This document shows positions 27,353 through 40,190 of a stretch of 64,000 nucleotides of DNA, one piece after another. The DNA is from Lama glama (lineage: Eukaryota). The stretch covers positions 20,090,001 through 20,154,000 of the forward strand of contig CM052816.1 in assembly GCA_028534125.1 (NCBI GenBank), written 5' to 3'. Within the stretch, counting starts at the first letter, position 1. Every line of letters begins with the position of its first letter. Under the pieces are notes generated by a model. The model was not told where the DNA came from. It made no database searches and saw nothing but the letters and a program-made list of their open reading frames with translations. Position numbers and translations under genes: made by a program.

Positions 27353-27790
27353 GTCTATTAATTTCCTAAAGTCACTACAACAAATTACCACAAACTGGGT
27401 GGCTTAAAACAACAGAATTTTATTTTCTCACAGTTCCAAAATCACGGTGTCGGCTGAGCTGATTCCTTCTGGAGGTGCTGAGGGAATATGTGGTCATGCC
27501 TCTCTCCCAGCTTCTGGTGACTGCAGACAGTCCTTGGCGTTCCCTGGCGTGTGCCTGCATAACTCCAGTCCCATGGCCTCTTCCCTGTGTGTTTCTGGGT
27601 GCCCAGTCTCCCTCTCCTTTGTCTTATAAGGACACCAGTCATTGGATTCAGGGCCCACTCTCATCTCAAGGTCTTTGACTTGATTACACCTGCTCAGACT
27701 CCATTTCCAAGTGAGGTCACGTTCATAGGTGCTGGGAATTAGGACTTGGACCTATCTTTTTTGGGGACACAGCTTCATCCACTACACACA
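27353..27790 (-). mobile_element. MLT1 (MaLR) solo LTR
   Basis: caaattaccacaaactgggtggcttaaaacaacagaattttattttctcacagttc...tcttataaggacaccagtcattggatt. Confidence 0.85.
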
Positions 27791-29879
27791 CAAAGTAGTT
27801 TTAGAGCTGCTGACCCATACTCTTCTGAAAGGCAAGTTTACTAACTAAAAAAAATGGGCACAGTTCTCTTTTTGTCTGTGGTCTAACCACGCGTAGTCAA
27901 AATCATGTTCTCCAAAGTTACTTAGATGAGCTCTTTTCTTCCCCACTTTCTGGTGTGACTGACTCTGTTACTTGTTTCTAATATAGGTAAGTGCATTCGT
28001 TACTGTATTTATTCAGTTTGGGGCTCCCCCGTATCCTGGTTGCTTTTCATTGATATTTTTGGTATATGAAATATTACCATGGTTTTAAGACTCAGAACTA
28101 TACAAAAAGATAAAGTCAGAGGGGAGGCACCCCCCATCATGACTTCTGCCCATTCCCCTTCCCTCCTCATTATCATCCATTCCCATCCTCCTGTGTAGGT
28201 AAGCGTCTCATTAATAGTGTCTCCTTCCTCAATGTTTTTTTTTTTGCACAATGAGCAGGTATACATGTATTTTCTTATATTCCCTTCTTCTTTCCATGAA
28301 AAGGTAGCATACCATAAATACTCTTTTATGTTTTTGTTTTTTCACTTAATGTCTCTGGGGAATCAATTGGTATTAGTTTCCTCATTTTAAATTATAGCTA
28401 CATACTACTCCACGGTGTAGTCATACCATAGTTTATTCAGCCATATGCGTAAACATTTAGTGGTTTCCAGGATGTTGCAATTACAAACAATTCTGCAATG
28501 AATAACCTTGTGCATACATATTTCACATCGGAGGTGTAGCTGCAGAGTAAGTCCTAGAAGTGGGTTCCTGGGTCAAAGGTGAGAGCTGATGTAGTTTTGT
28601 TAGGCAGTATCATAGTTTCCTAACCCTGTAACAAACTGCCACAAATGCTGTGGCTGTAAGCAGCAGGAATGTGTTGTCTTACAGTTCTGGAAGCCAGAAA
28701 TCTGAAATGGTCTCACTGAGCCCAAACCAAGGTACTGTCAGGGCCATGTTCCCTCCAAGGCTCTCAGAGAGAATCTTATTTCCTTGCCTTTTCCAGCATC
28801 TAGACCTGCATCCCTTGGCTCATGGTCTCTTTCTCCAGCTTCAAAGCCAGCATGAAGCATTCGTCAGCTTCCCACAGATAATACATGCTTGTTTGAACTA
28901 AGTGAATTTGATCCCTATACATTTACTCCAAGTCTTCATTTTCCCATCTATAAAAGGCAGGGAACAAGACCAGAAGGTCTGCAAGGTTCCTCACTGTCTA
29001 AACTCCTGTCCCTGGGTTTAGTTTTCCCTTGGTCAGCTGGGATGCTCAGTAATGGCTGTCTCTGAGTCTGACACGGTGGTCACCCAGGGCTGCACTGGGG
29101 CAAAGGGCGAGGTCCTTGCAGTCTGTCTCCTGAGTGACAAGTGTTGGTAATGAAAGTGGTGGGTGACTGGAGCCCTTTTCCTGTTGGGTCCCTTGGCTGT
29201 TTCCCTAGGGGTGAGAACTTGTTCCAGGTCTGGGCCTAATTCACGATTCTAGCACAAATGGAGAGCTGAGGGGAAAGCTTTTCTACCCTGAAACCTGCTG
29301 ACCTGAGCTTTCTTATTATTAGAGCTGCCAAACAAAACCTCGTGAGGCAGTGAGTTTCCTGTCACCAGGAGTTCTGGACAGAGGCTACACGACCAGAAGA
29401 GATCAGGGGGATCTGTGCATTATTTGGGGCCTCACTGGCCGGCATGGTAGGAATAGCCATGTGTGCTCTTTGATGCTTTGTGCTTATCTCTTACTAAAAA
29501 AAAAATGTAAACTTTTAATTTTGAAATAATTATAGATTAACAGGAAGTTGAACAGTAGTGCAGAGAGGTCTCATGAACCCTTTACCTGGTTCCTCCCAAT
29601 GGTTACTTCTTACGTTACTATGGTATAGTGTCAAAACCAGGAAATTGATGTTGGTACAATGTGTATAAAGTTCCAGGTCACTTTCTCAGATGTGTAGATT
29701 TGTGTAACCACTACCACAATCAAGATGCAGAACTACTCCATGACCACAGAAATCTCTCATCTTTATAATCACACCCACCACTCTTACCCTCCATCTCTAA
29801 CCCCTGGTAACTACTAATCTGTTTTCTGTCTGCATAATTTTGTCATTTTGAGAATGTTAAATAAATGGACTCATACACG

Positions 29880-30060
29880 TGTGCTATTTAAATTGAAAAT
29901 TTAATTCATTAAAATTAAATCAATTAAAAATTCAGTTCCTCAGTCACACCAGCCACATTTCTACGCTCAGTAGCCACAGCTGACTACTGACTTCCATATT
30001 GGACAGCACAGATGTACCACTGCTTCATCACTGCAGGAAGGTCTGTTGGAAAGTGCTGCT
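29880..30060. mobile_element. MER3/MER33-like DNA transposon fragment
   Basis: aaaattcagttcctcagtcacaccagccacatttc...ctcagtagccaca...atattggacagcacag. Confidence 0.7.
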
Positions 30061-30146
30061 TAGGGAATCAGAGCAGATCCATGGTTCACAAATGCTGATT
30101 CATAGACCACATCACCCAGAAGTGTCATGAAATAGAGATTCCTGAG

Positions 30147-30785
30147 TATATTACTCATCTATTGCTGCTAAATAAATGTAGTGGCTTGAAACAACAATCA
30201 AACTTTATATCTTGTATACTTCTGTAGGTCAGGAGTTACAGAGTGACGCAGCCGTGTAACTAGGCTCAGAGTCTCTTGTGAAGTTCATGAAGTGTTAGCC
30301 AGGGCTGAGGTCATCTGAAGGCTTGGCTGGGCCTGGGGGCCTGGCCTGCACAGTGACTCACTCACATGGCTGGAAAGATGGTGCTGCCTCTTTGGGGTTG
30401 GGGTGACCACTCATCTCCATTTGCCCAGTAATAAGAGATTTCCTGGGATGTGGGACGTTAGTGTGAACACAGACTGTCCTGGACAAAGAGAACAGTTGTT
30501 GGCAGAAGGACTCAGTTCCTCCCATCGTGGGCCTCTTGCAGGGCTACTTGAGTGTCCTGATGCCATGGCCGCCGGCTCCTCCCTCATTGACCCTAGGGAG
30601 AGCAAGGCAGGTGCTCCAATGTTTTTTCTGACCTGCCTTGGAAGTCACATGGCATCACTTCTTCTGCATTTTTTCATTAGAAGCAAGTCACTAAATCCTT
30701 TGGTCCACATTCAAAGAGAGGGGAATTAGGATCCACCTTTTGAAAGGAGGATTGTGAAAGAATAATTGGATATATTTTAAACCTG
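30147..30785 (-). mobile_element. MLT1 (MaLR) LTR with a probable small DNA-element insertion near 30400-30500
   Basis: tagtggcttgaaacaacaatc...ttctgtaggtcaggag...gtcatctgaaggcttg...ggaagtcacatggcatcacttc...gaagcaagtcactaa. Confidence 0.65.
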
Positions 30786-31291
30786 AGATTGTGGTTGGGC
30801 AAATGGGATAGGGCTCAGGAATCTGCACTTTATCAAGCCTCCCCAATGTGCAATCAGGTTTGCCCATCTCAAGGTCTTGTCCCACCACAAAATAGTGGTC
30901 ATCCCACTTACCTCAGTAGCACTCACAGAGGGAACAGCAGGAGGGCAGCTCCAGGCTGGTGAAATTGGTGAGCTGAGCATGACTCCTGAAGCTCTATTAG
31001 ATTACATGAGTGACCTTTCCCACAGTATAAATGAACAACAGTCGGGGAACCATTTAGAAAATCAGCCCTGCAACACTGACCACAGTTACAAATGATCGTC
31101 ACCAAACTAGACAGTAACAAAGGAGAAAAGCTCATGACACAATATAGATACTTGAGTGGCGGTTGAAATGCTATAGCAATGCATGGACAGAGTCCGGAGA
31201 TGAGTCTATTATATTAAAAAAAAATGTAGTTGCAGTTATGGTAGGTGGGATCGGGGAGAGAATTGTGAGTAATGTGAAGAGATGCATGTTA

Positions 31292-32018
31292 TTTTTTTTT
31301 TAATTAAAAGTTTGCTTTATTTTTCTGTTGAATCACGTACTATCTCCCAATCACAGTTAGATTTGTTTTATGCCTTCCAAACATCAGCACAGTTAGCACC
31401 ACCTTGTAAATAACTGAATGATAAATTAAACCAAGTCCCAGTGGTTACACATCTAGACTGTTAGGGTGATCAGGAACTCTTATTTGTTTGCTTTAGCTTT
31501 TAATTCTTAGTTATATCTCCAAATACAAAAGAGCTGAGAGGTTTCTGCTGCACCGACAAAGAAACTAACAGCAAACAGACACCAGTTTTTTGGAATAATT
31601 ACAAGTGGATATCTTGACCAAATAAACCCTTTTGCCATCAAAACAGCCGATTGAGCTGTGCTGAGCTTTTCTGCGGGTCTGGCCATGTCAGCCAATCCAG
31701 CACACACCAAGCCCCATTTCATAATTGGAGCCCAGGAAAATACTGTTCTGGGCCCTGCTGGGTGGTTGTACACGGCCTCAATTTCTCAGGCAGCAGGAGC
31801 TCCACTCTATCGAGGACTCGCTGGTAGGTGGCCCGCAGGCCGGTGGCTGACGTTTCTTCCGAGTGACTGTGGGCAGCTGGGTGGGACCGTGGCCGCGTGG
31901 CCGCGTGCTCGCCCTCGGCTGACAGTGAAGGGCAGCTCCTCACTTTCCCCGGCCACAATGCCTCACGTCCTCCTCTCCCCCAGGGCGCCCTTCCTGTGGC
32001 TCAGGCTGCCCCCCAGCC
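31292..32018 (-). pseudogene. MPC2 (pseudogene): Processed pseudogene of mitochondrial pyruvate carrier 2 (MPC2/BRP44)
   Basis: Minus-strand translation GLRATYQRVLDRVELLLPEKLRP / YNHPAGPRTVFSWAPIMKWGLVCAGLADMARPAEKLSTAQSAVLM...IWRYN*ELKAKANK* matches MPC2. Intronless; ancestral CDS 31853-31480; start codon now ACG, 1-nt frameshift near 31772, premature TAA at 31507-31509; AATAAA at 31316-31321; poly(A) 31292-31301; TSD AAGAGAT(G/A)CATGTTA at 31277-31291 and 32019-32033. Confidence 0.97.
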
Positions 32019-32482
32019 AAGAGATACATGTTAGTGTTACTTATATTGTCTTTTCATTAAAAGAAGGCTGTTCCTGCTTCAGACCTCAACTGTCACCTTT
32101 CAGAGGCTTTTCCAATCTTTTGGTTAAAGTTGGGATGCTCTTTCATTTGATATCTTAATGTTTGTACCCACATAGCACTTGTCATCTTTGAAAATACGTT
32201 GTCTCTCCCAGCAGCCTCTGAGCTCCCTGAAAAAGGCAGGGACTCTGTTTTTGTCTCCCGTGGTCCCTTCAGGGCCAGCACAATGCCTTAAGATGCTTGT
32301 TGCTCAGAAACTGTTAACTGAGGCATGAATGAGGTCTGAGGGCAGGAGGAGGGAGACGCGGCAAGTGAAGGAGGCAACGGGAGCCTCTCATGGCTGCCTG
32401 GGGGATTGCCTGGTCCAGTGGCCCCTGATCCGGGGATGTCTAAGACCCCGAGGGCCAACTAATCTTGAGAATTTGATTAAAT

Positions 32483-32670
32483 AGGTTTTCTGAACCTCGG
32501 CACTGTTGCTCTTTTGGCCTAGGTAATCCTTGTTGTGGGGGCCGTCCTGTGTAGGATGCTTGGCAGCATCCCTGGCCTCTATCCAGTGTTTGCCAGGAGT
32601 GCAAGCTCCCCTGTTGTGACAATTAAACGTATCTCCAGATGTTGCCAAATGCCCCTGAGGATTGCCCTCG
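32483..32670. mobile_element. MER20 DNA transposon
   Basis: aacctcggcactgttg...tgtaggatgcttggcagcatccctggcctctatcca...gttgtgacaattaaacgtatctccagatgttgccaaatgcccctg. Confidence 0.85.
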
Positions 32671-35600
32671 GAGCTGGATCAGAAAGGCAGCCCAGCACCC
32701 TAGTGGCCTGAAATCTTTGCATGAAGATGAGCTGGGCAAATAAATGAAGAGACAGCTGCCTGTCTCGCACACAGGAACAGCTCCTTTGAGAATTTATTTG
32801 GAGCCTCTGGGTAGTAGGCACAGAGTGTGCTGCCACCTGTTGGTGAGTGGGTGGGAGTGCGTCCTTGGTTCAACTAGCCCAGGGCCTCAGGTGGGCTGCT
32901 GTGGGGCTAGTTAAAGGCCTCTCCCTCAGGCTGGGCCAGGGGACCCCCAAGTAAGGCTAGCCAGGGTGTGTTGCCAGGCAACCAGAGAAGTCAATGGGAA
33001 TGGGACATTTTCATATCATTTGGGTCAAATGTTTAAGATCTACTTGTTAAAAAAATCAGGCCAACTTAATTTACTGTCCTCTCACTTTTTCCTCCAGAAA
33101 TGATGATCCCTCCTCCTCAGACTCTCTCTGATTTGGGGCTTGGTCCTCAAGGGTTTGCTTCAGGACAGGGACCCTGTGAGTTGGCATTAAGCCCAGCTTC
33201 TTGCTCCTCAACCTCTCCCCTTGGCCAGACTGCTGATGGTCCCAGAGGCACCCCCTCCCCCAGGTTCAGGCTGGGGGAAAGGGCAGGAGGTTGGCACCTC
33301 CAATATTCAAACCCAGACGCACCGTCTTTCCCCACACTTGCTTCTCCTGAGTGCTCCCAGCTCAGCAGGGACACACCAGCCCCTCGTTACCCAGCCAGAA
33401 GCATCACCTCCGTCACTGAGCCCTACAGGTTTGTCTGCTTCCTCCACCCCTCCTACCTTCACTGCCGCTCCCACTACTGCCTAAGCCATACTCAACCCAA
33501 GCCTGGGCCAGCACTGTGGCTCAGCGGGGTGGTTCCTCTGTTCCATGTGGTATTGCCTGGGGTCACACTTGTGGTTGCATCTAGCTGGGAGGCTGACAGG
33601 GCTGGGGTGTTCTAAATGGCTACTGGGGGTAGGGGTTGGGGTGGGGAGGCATCTGAGCCTCTCTCTCCACCAGGGTAGTTGAACTTATTGGGGACCAGGA
33701 CTATAAAGGACAGAGAACAGAAGTTGACTGGCCTCTTAGGTCTAGGCTCAGAACCGGGACAGTGTCTCCTCCACCCACTTCTGTTGGTCAGAGCAAGTCA
33801 ACGGAAGTAGACTCCACCTCTTGACGAGAGGAGGGGTTGGGAGGATTTAGCCACCATCTTTGCGGGCAGCCCACCGCGCCCACCTCCTTCTGGCCAGGTC
33901 ACGCCCTCCATTAAACATCCACTTGTTCACTTCATTCATATCGTTGATTTCTGTTCACAAGTCACCTCCCTGGAGAGGCTTTCCCTGACTGTCCTGGGCA
34001 GACCCCCCGTTGCTCTCTAACTGAACCCTGACTTAATTTTCTCCAGAACACTTACCAGCACTTGACATTGTAGTCCATATTTATTTGCTGTCAGTCTTGC
34101 CTACGAGACAGTAAGCTCAAAGAGGGGAAGGACTGTATCTGTTTATTTCACTGCTGAGTCCCCAGCGCATAGTAGAGCACCTGGCCCGTGGCAGGAGCTC
34201 AACACTCGTTTCCATAGCACTTATCAAAATTCATTATTATGTGTTTATTTGTATGATGATTTGAGCAACCTTTTCCACAAGGGAAGGGACAGTGTCTGTT
34301 TCTATCCACCATTATATTAGATCTTGAGTTGTTAGGGCGGTGTCTGGAAAACAGTAACCTGCAATGAGTATTGGCTGAATGATGAGTGGGAGGGACAGGA
34401 CAGAGGGCAAAAAGTGAAGCATCTTCCTTGAGAGTCATCCCTCTTTACAGCACACAGATACTGGTCTTGAAGAAGAGGGGTATTTAAAAAAATATTCTGA
34501 ATTGATTTTCTTTAACCCTCCGAGGGAACTGGTGTTCAGAGCAGCCACACCCTGAATTTCTTCCTGGGATGTTCTGTAAGGTCATAGCCATTCTCTGAGC
34601 CTGCTGTTCCAGGATCACTCAGGGTGCTTGTGAAAAACAAAAGTGCTAGCCCCACCCCAGAAATACTAACGGAGAGGCTTAAGGGGCAAGGCTCTGCCAC
34701 TTGCATGGTCCATGAGCCCTCCAGGTGATTTTTGTGTGTACCACATTTTAAGAAACATCGCCTTTCCATTTCTGTGTTCTGAGTTTGGATTTTCTTGGGC
34801 TGGTTTTTGCTTTAGGTCACCTAGTGTCTCTTAAGACCTTAGTAACTCTATTTCTCCTGGAAGGCCTTGTAAATAAGCAGCCTGTGCCATCATCCCTGGA
34901 AAGTACAGTGTGTTTCCCTACCTTTTGCTGAGCCTGGTGCTCAGGATCATGGTGAGATTACGTGTCCAGTCCTCTGCGTTTGGACAGGATGATGTTTAAA
35001 CCACACCAGGCAGGGAGGGAGTGAAACTTGGTTCTCTCCTTCAGATTTACTGTGTGTAGAACGATGAGGTTTGTGTTTGGGGCTTAGGGAGAGAAGAGGT
35101 GGGGCCCTTGATGTGGGATGGGCATCTGGCGTAGTTAAGGGGAAGCAAACATTTTCCTGGGGTGAGGAGGAGCTGGGGAGGAGGGAGGGAGGGATGGAAG
35201 GCCTAATCTTCTTACATACACGTCATGGAAGGGTTTGTTTTGTACTACCAGGGCAACAGGGCTACTAAGTTTAGAGCTGAACCTGAAACTTCTAAACTTT
35301 GAGAAGCATCTGAAGCTGCTGCTGCCCCAAGCTGTGCTTACTGTGGCGGGAAGTACTTTGTCTGGGGCTCTGCTATCTCCGCTGGGTGGCTGGGGTGGTG
35401 GTGGTGGGCACTAGAGGAACAAGAGATCTAACATGTTTTAGGAAAGCTGCGGCATTGCCAGAGAAAATCTTGTGGGATGGTCAGCCCACCCTCCACAATC
35501 TCTCCTCCTGCAAAGACTGGAGCAGGTCACAGAGGAGGGGCACAGGAGAGGCTGGGGTGGGGACAAAGGCAGGGACGGTTGGGCTCCATAGCCAACCCAG

Positions 35601-35859
35601 CTGCCAACTTGTCTGTTTACGTATCACTGCCCACATTGGAAAGAAGATTCCTCCCACCAGCCAGGACTGAGGAGAGGCAGCAACTACTCCCCAGCTCCTG
35701 GAGGAGGTCTTCGGAGAATAAGAACCAGTAGGCAGCATGGTCCCAGCAAGGGCAGATGCCTGGTCTGACAGCAGACCTCGGTCAGCCAGGAGAAGCCACT
35801 CCTTCTCGGGCTGATATACACCTGTGTGGCGGGGCCTTCAGGGCAGTGTAGCTTTAGAG

Positions 35860-36460
35860 GGAGCATGATCCACGGGACCCCACCCACTGCTGACACCAGC
35901 AGCAAGCTTGGGATCTCCAAGACCATCCTTACATTTGGTGATTCACTAGAAGGCCTTGCAGGACTCACTGGGGGCCATTAGACTCCCAGTTATGGTTTGT
36001 TACAGGGAAAGGGTACAGATTAAGTTGAGTGCAGACATGAGAAGCCTGGGGTAGAGTCCAGTTGGGTTCCAAACAGAGCTTCCAGCTTTCCTCACCCAGT
36101 GGAGTCGCAGACAGTGTTAACTCCTCCAGCAGTGATGGGTGATAGTACATGTGGAATATTGCCAACCAGGGAAGTTCGCCCAAGCCCGATGTCCAGAGAT
36201 TCATTAGGGCTCTGCAGTCAGCTGTCCACATAGCTGACATCAGCCCCCAGCCCCTCTGGAGGTCCAGCTGATACTGTGTGACTCAAGGTCCCCACCCTAA
36301 ATCACACTGTTAGTTCACCCTGTGTGGCCAGTCCCCACCCTAAATCACACTGTTAATCTATCCTGTGTGGCCAGCCCTTGTCCTAAATCAGGATACTCCT
36401 ATCTGGTGTGACATTGCTAGAGCTTAGAGAGTGCTTTCCAGGAGCCCAGAGCAAAGGCCA
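35860..36460. mobile_element. ERV LTR fragment (MER21-like) with an internal ~43-bp tandem duplication at 36291-36377
   Basis: gacaccagcagcaagcttggg...tgattcactagaagg...gactcactg; duplicated unit cccaccctaaatcacactgtta...cctgtgtggccag. Confidence 0.6.
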
Positions 36461-37917
36461 GACCTTCCTTTGGGTGTGGCTTAATTAAACAGTCCCAGCC
36501 CACACCATGGCTGCGAGTCCATTTCTCCTGGAGGATTGACAACGCATGGAGCATGTTTCCTAGATGTCCTAGCTGTTTCTGTAGGACAGAAAACAGCTGT
36601 TCCTGAGGTGTATAACCTGCAGAGAGGGGTGGTAAGCGACTCCACGTCAGGCACGTTTCTTTAGGCTGAGAGTCCCTCATCATCTATTCAGTCATTTGTT
36701 TACTCACCATTTACTGAACACCTGCTGTGTCATCAGCACTCATTCTAGTCGGGGAGAGAGATAACAGAGAGCAAACCAACTATTTAGTCATTTAAAGCGT
36801 GCTACGTGCTATGCAGGAAATAAAGGCGAGGCTCCAAGTGAGGGTGAGGGGAGGAAGGAACCTGCCTTAGACTGTGGGCAGGGAAATGCAGCTTTGAGAA
36901 GGTCCCATTGAAACTGAGGCCCAGGGAATGAGAAGGCACTGGCTGTGGGAAGACCAGCAGAAGAGCACTCCTGGCAGAGGGAAACACGCACCTCAGCTGC
37001 CAGCTGACACCTTCAAACAGATTGTGGAAAGGTGCCCAGAAGCAGAAACTCAGTCCCTTCCTTGTGGCTGACACAGTCTTGTTGGGACCCAAGGCTTTGT
37101 TGAGTTGTGCATGGGGAGGATCCCCTTGGCCTGTGCTTGTGCAGTGTGTCACCCACTCCACCCTACATGGCAGGCTTGGACAGACAGTGCCTGGAAGCCA
37201 GCACCCTTGGGCAGCCCTACCAGGTTGGCACCAGATACAAGGCCATTTTAACTCCATCTTACCTCTCCCACAATTAAAATATCTAAGAGAAAAAAAAAAA
37301 CCCACAAAAAACCAAGTTGTGCCTGTTAGCAGAGCCCATGAAGTAGAAATTGGGAAATTCTTCATCAAACCCCAGGCCCTTGGGGCAGTGAATGCAAGTC
37401 ATGGGGAGGAGGCGGTTCCATGTCTGCCTTTAGGGAAAGCCACGTGTGTCTACTCACTGATGGGGCCTGGAAAAGGGGTTCCTGGTCCCTTGCCATAAAA
37501 GGAGATCCTAGCTAAATGTCTTCCTGATTTTCTTCATCTTTCTTTGCAGCCAGCCCATGCTGAACAAAAGAGAAACTCTGCTTCTCTTTGGTCAGAGGTC
37601 ACTGGTAGGATTCCAGCCCAGGATAATTGTACTTACCACCCTCACTCCCATGCCCACAACCCACACCCATGTGCACAGGTACACACATTGGTGTCCCTCC
37701 CAGGAGAACCTACAAGTACCAGAGCCGGGCCTGGATTGAGGCCTGGGTTGGCCGCACAATCATAGAAAGGTCTGTGCTCCAAACCACAGTTGGTTTTATA
37801 CAGCAGAAATCCCTGCCTCTTTTCATGATTGTTTGATTTTAACACGTTTACCACATTATTTAAAAGTTGGAAAGTACAGAATTATAAAAGCAAAAAGCCA
37901 CTTGGAAACTTACCATT

Positions 37918-38283
37918 TATTATGGACTGCATGTTTGTGTTCACCCCCAAATTCCAATGTTGAAATGCAAACCACCAGTGGGAAGGTCTTAGGAGGTGGG
38001 GCCTTTGGGAGGTAATTAGGGTTAGATTAAGTCCTGAGGGTGGGGGCCTTCATGATGGGATTAATGCCCGTATAAAAAGGAGACGAGACTGGGCTCTCTG
38101 CGTGCACACACTGAAGGAAGGCCATGTGAGGATGTAACCAGGAAGAGGGGTCTCTCCAAGAATCTGACTGTGTTGGCTCCCTGATCTCAGACTTCCAGCC
38201 TCCAGAACTGTGAGAAATAAATATCTCTTATTTAAGCCCCCCAGTCTTCTGTTATAGATAGCAGCCTGAGCTCGCTAAGACAA
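37918..38283 (+). mobile_element. MLT1A-like solo LTR
   Basis: ttatggactgcatgtttgtgttcacccccaaattc...ttccagcctccagaactgtgagaaataaa...ctaagaca. Confidence 0.85.
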
Positions 38284-38325
38284 CATTCCAACAAATCCTT
38301 TATAATACTATCTTCCAGAGGTTCG

Positions 38326-38830
38326 TGTATTAGTTTCCTATTTCCGTCACAACTAACTACCACTGACTTAGTGGCTTAAAGCAATTTAGATTTATTATTT
38401 TACATTTCTGGAGGTCAGAAGTCCAAAACCAGTCTCACTGATGTAAAGTTAAGGTGACAGAAAGGCTGATTCCTTGTAGAGGTTCTGAAGGGAGAATCTG
38501 TTCCCTTGCCTTCTCCAGCTTCTCTAGGCTGCCTGCATCACGTGGCTCATGGTCCCTTCTTCCATCTTCAAAGCCAGCAGCGTAGCATCTTCCAACCTCT
38601 CTCTCTCTGATCTTTGTTTCTGTTGTTACATCACCTTCTCTCACTCTGAGGCTCTGGTCTTCCTCTTGTAAAGACCCTTGTGATTACATTGGGCCTACCT
38701 GGACAATCCAGGTTAATCTCTCCATCTCAAGATCCTTAACAAAATCACATCTGCTAAGTTCCTTTTGACATGTGAGGTTTGGGTGATTAGGACAAGGACC
38801 TCTTTGGGAGGTCATTATTCTGTCTACCAT
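38326..38830 (-). mobile_element. MLT1 (C/D-like) solo LTR
   Basis: tgtattagtttcct...tctggaggtcagaagtcc...gacccttgtgattacattgggcc...attctgtctacca. Confidence 0.85.
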
Positions 38831-39849
38831 AGTTTGTCTCTATAGTTTTTAATGTTGTGGTTGTAGTAATACTGAAATATGATTTCCTTCAGTGAGCACC
38901 ATAATAGCAATGTTTCCCCCGGGAAGTCTTTGTCATCTTCTTTCCTCAAGGCCATGAATGCCCCAATAGGGGGATGTGCTTCAGTTTGCTCAAGCTGGAA
39001 GCCAGCCTGTAATGCATTCTGGGCTGCTATACATCTTTCTGAAGCCAGCATTCCCCATACTTGGGATTATTACTTTAGCGTAGGTTCCCAGGAATAGGTC
39101 AAAGGGAGCAGGCTCATGATTTGTATTACATACTGCCTAATTGCTTTTCAGAATTGTGTTATTTTACATAATCTCTCCTAATTAACCTCATTTGGTTTTC
39201 TTAAAAATAAAAAATACTCTGTTTTTATAGTAAAGGTATTATGTCCTCATTAAAGAATATTTGGGAAATACAGAAAGAGCCAAAGGGGGAAAAATCCCTC
39301 ATAGTCCTATAAATTGAAACACAACTTTCACTAATACTTAACGCAGTTCTTTCTAATATTTCTGTCTTTGTATAATTTAAAAAAACAAGGTTATAATACT
39401 GGAACTTCTGGTAGCTATTTTAGATGTGGGACAGACACCTCATGTTTTTGGATATGCAGAAGAATAACTTTTATTGTACTTATCTTGGGATGGTTCCCAT
39501 CCCTTTTCCCAATTGATTTCTGTTCTCCATGTCACTCAGAACCTGGAGACCTGGCCAAGCCCTTCCCTGGATAATAAGTGACAGGGCACAATGTGGGGAG
39601 TATGGCCTGAGATTCTTGACCACAAATCCTCAATCTTGACTCCTCCTACTCAGTCTCTAGTCTTAGAAATGGTTAGAAAGATTAGATTTTATGACAGTTC
39701 AGCTTTGTAATCCAATTCATTGATGCTGGTTACAAGCAGACTATGTTTAAAAATTAATTTTTTGCACCTTCCATTTTCCATTTCTACTTTCATGGACCCC
39801 ATCTTCAAGCTGTGGTTACCTGACAAAGACAGATTAAGAAATCATGTTG

Positions 39850-40190
39850 AGAAAGTCCTGGCCACAGCAGTCAGACAAGAAAAAGAAATAAAAGGAATCC
39901 AAATTGGAAAGGAAGAAGTAAAACTGTCGCTATTTGCAGATGACATGATACTACACATAGGAAATTCTCAAGATGCCACCAAAAAACTACTACAACTCAT
40001 CAGTGAATGTGGTAAAGTTGCCTGATATAAGATTAATATACAGAAATCTGTTGCATTTCTATATACTGTCGAGGAACTATCAGAGAGACATCAAGAAGAA
40101 TACAATACATAGGACTAATTCTAACTAAGGAGGTGAAAGGCCTGTGCTCAGAAAACTATAAGACGCTGATAAAAGAAATGGAAGACAACA
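39850..40190 (+). mobile_element. L1 ORF2 reverse-transcriptase fragment
   Basis: Translation [38 protein letters not shown] contains the L1 RT FADD motif; followed by an in-frame stop. Confidence 0.95.

Noticed and set aside
31507..31773. 88-aa MPC2-like ORF as a functional retrogene
   Set aside because: Its GTG start is created by a frameshift, the true start is mutated, the C-terminus is truncated and several conserved residues are substituted.
39720..40025. Reverse-transcriptase-like ORF as an active or novel RT system
   Set aside because: A ~340-bp decayed L1 ORF2 fragment with a stop codon.
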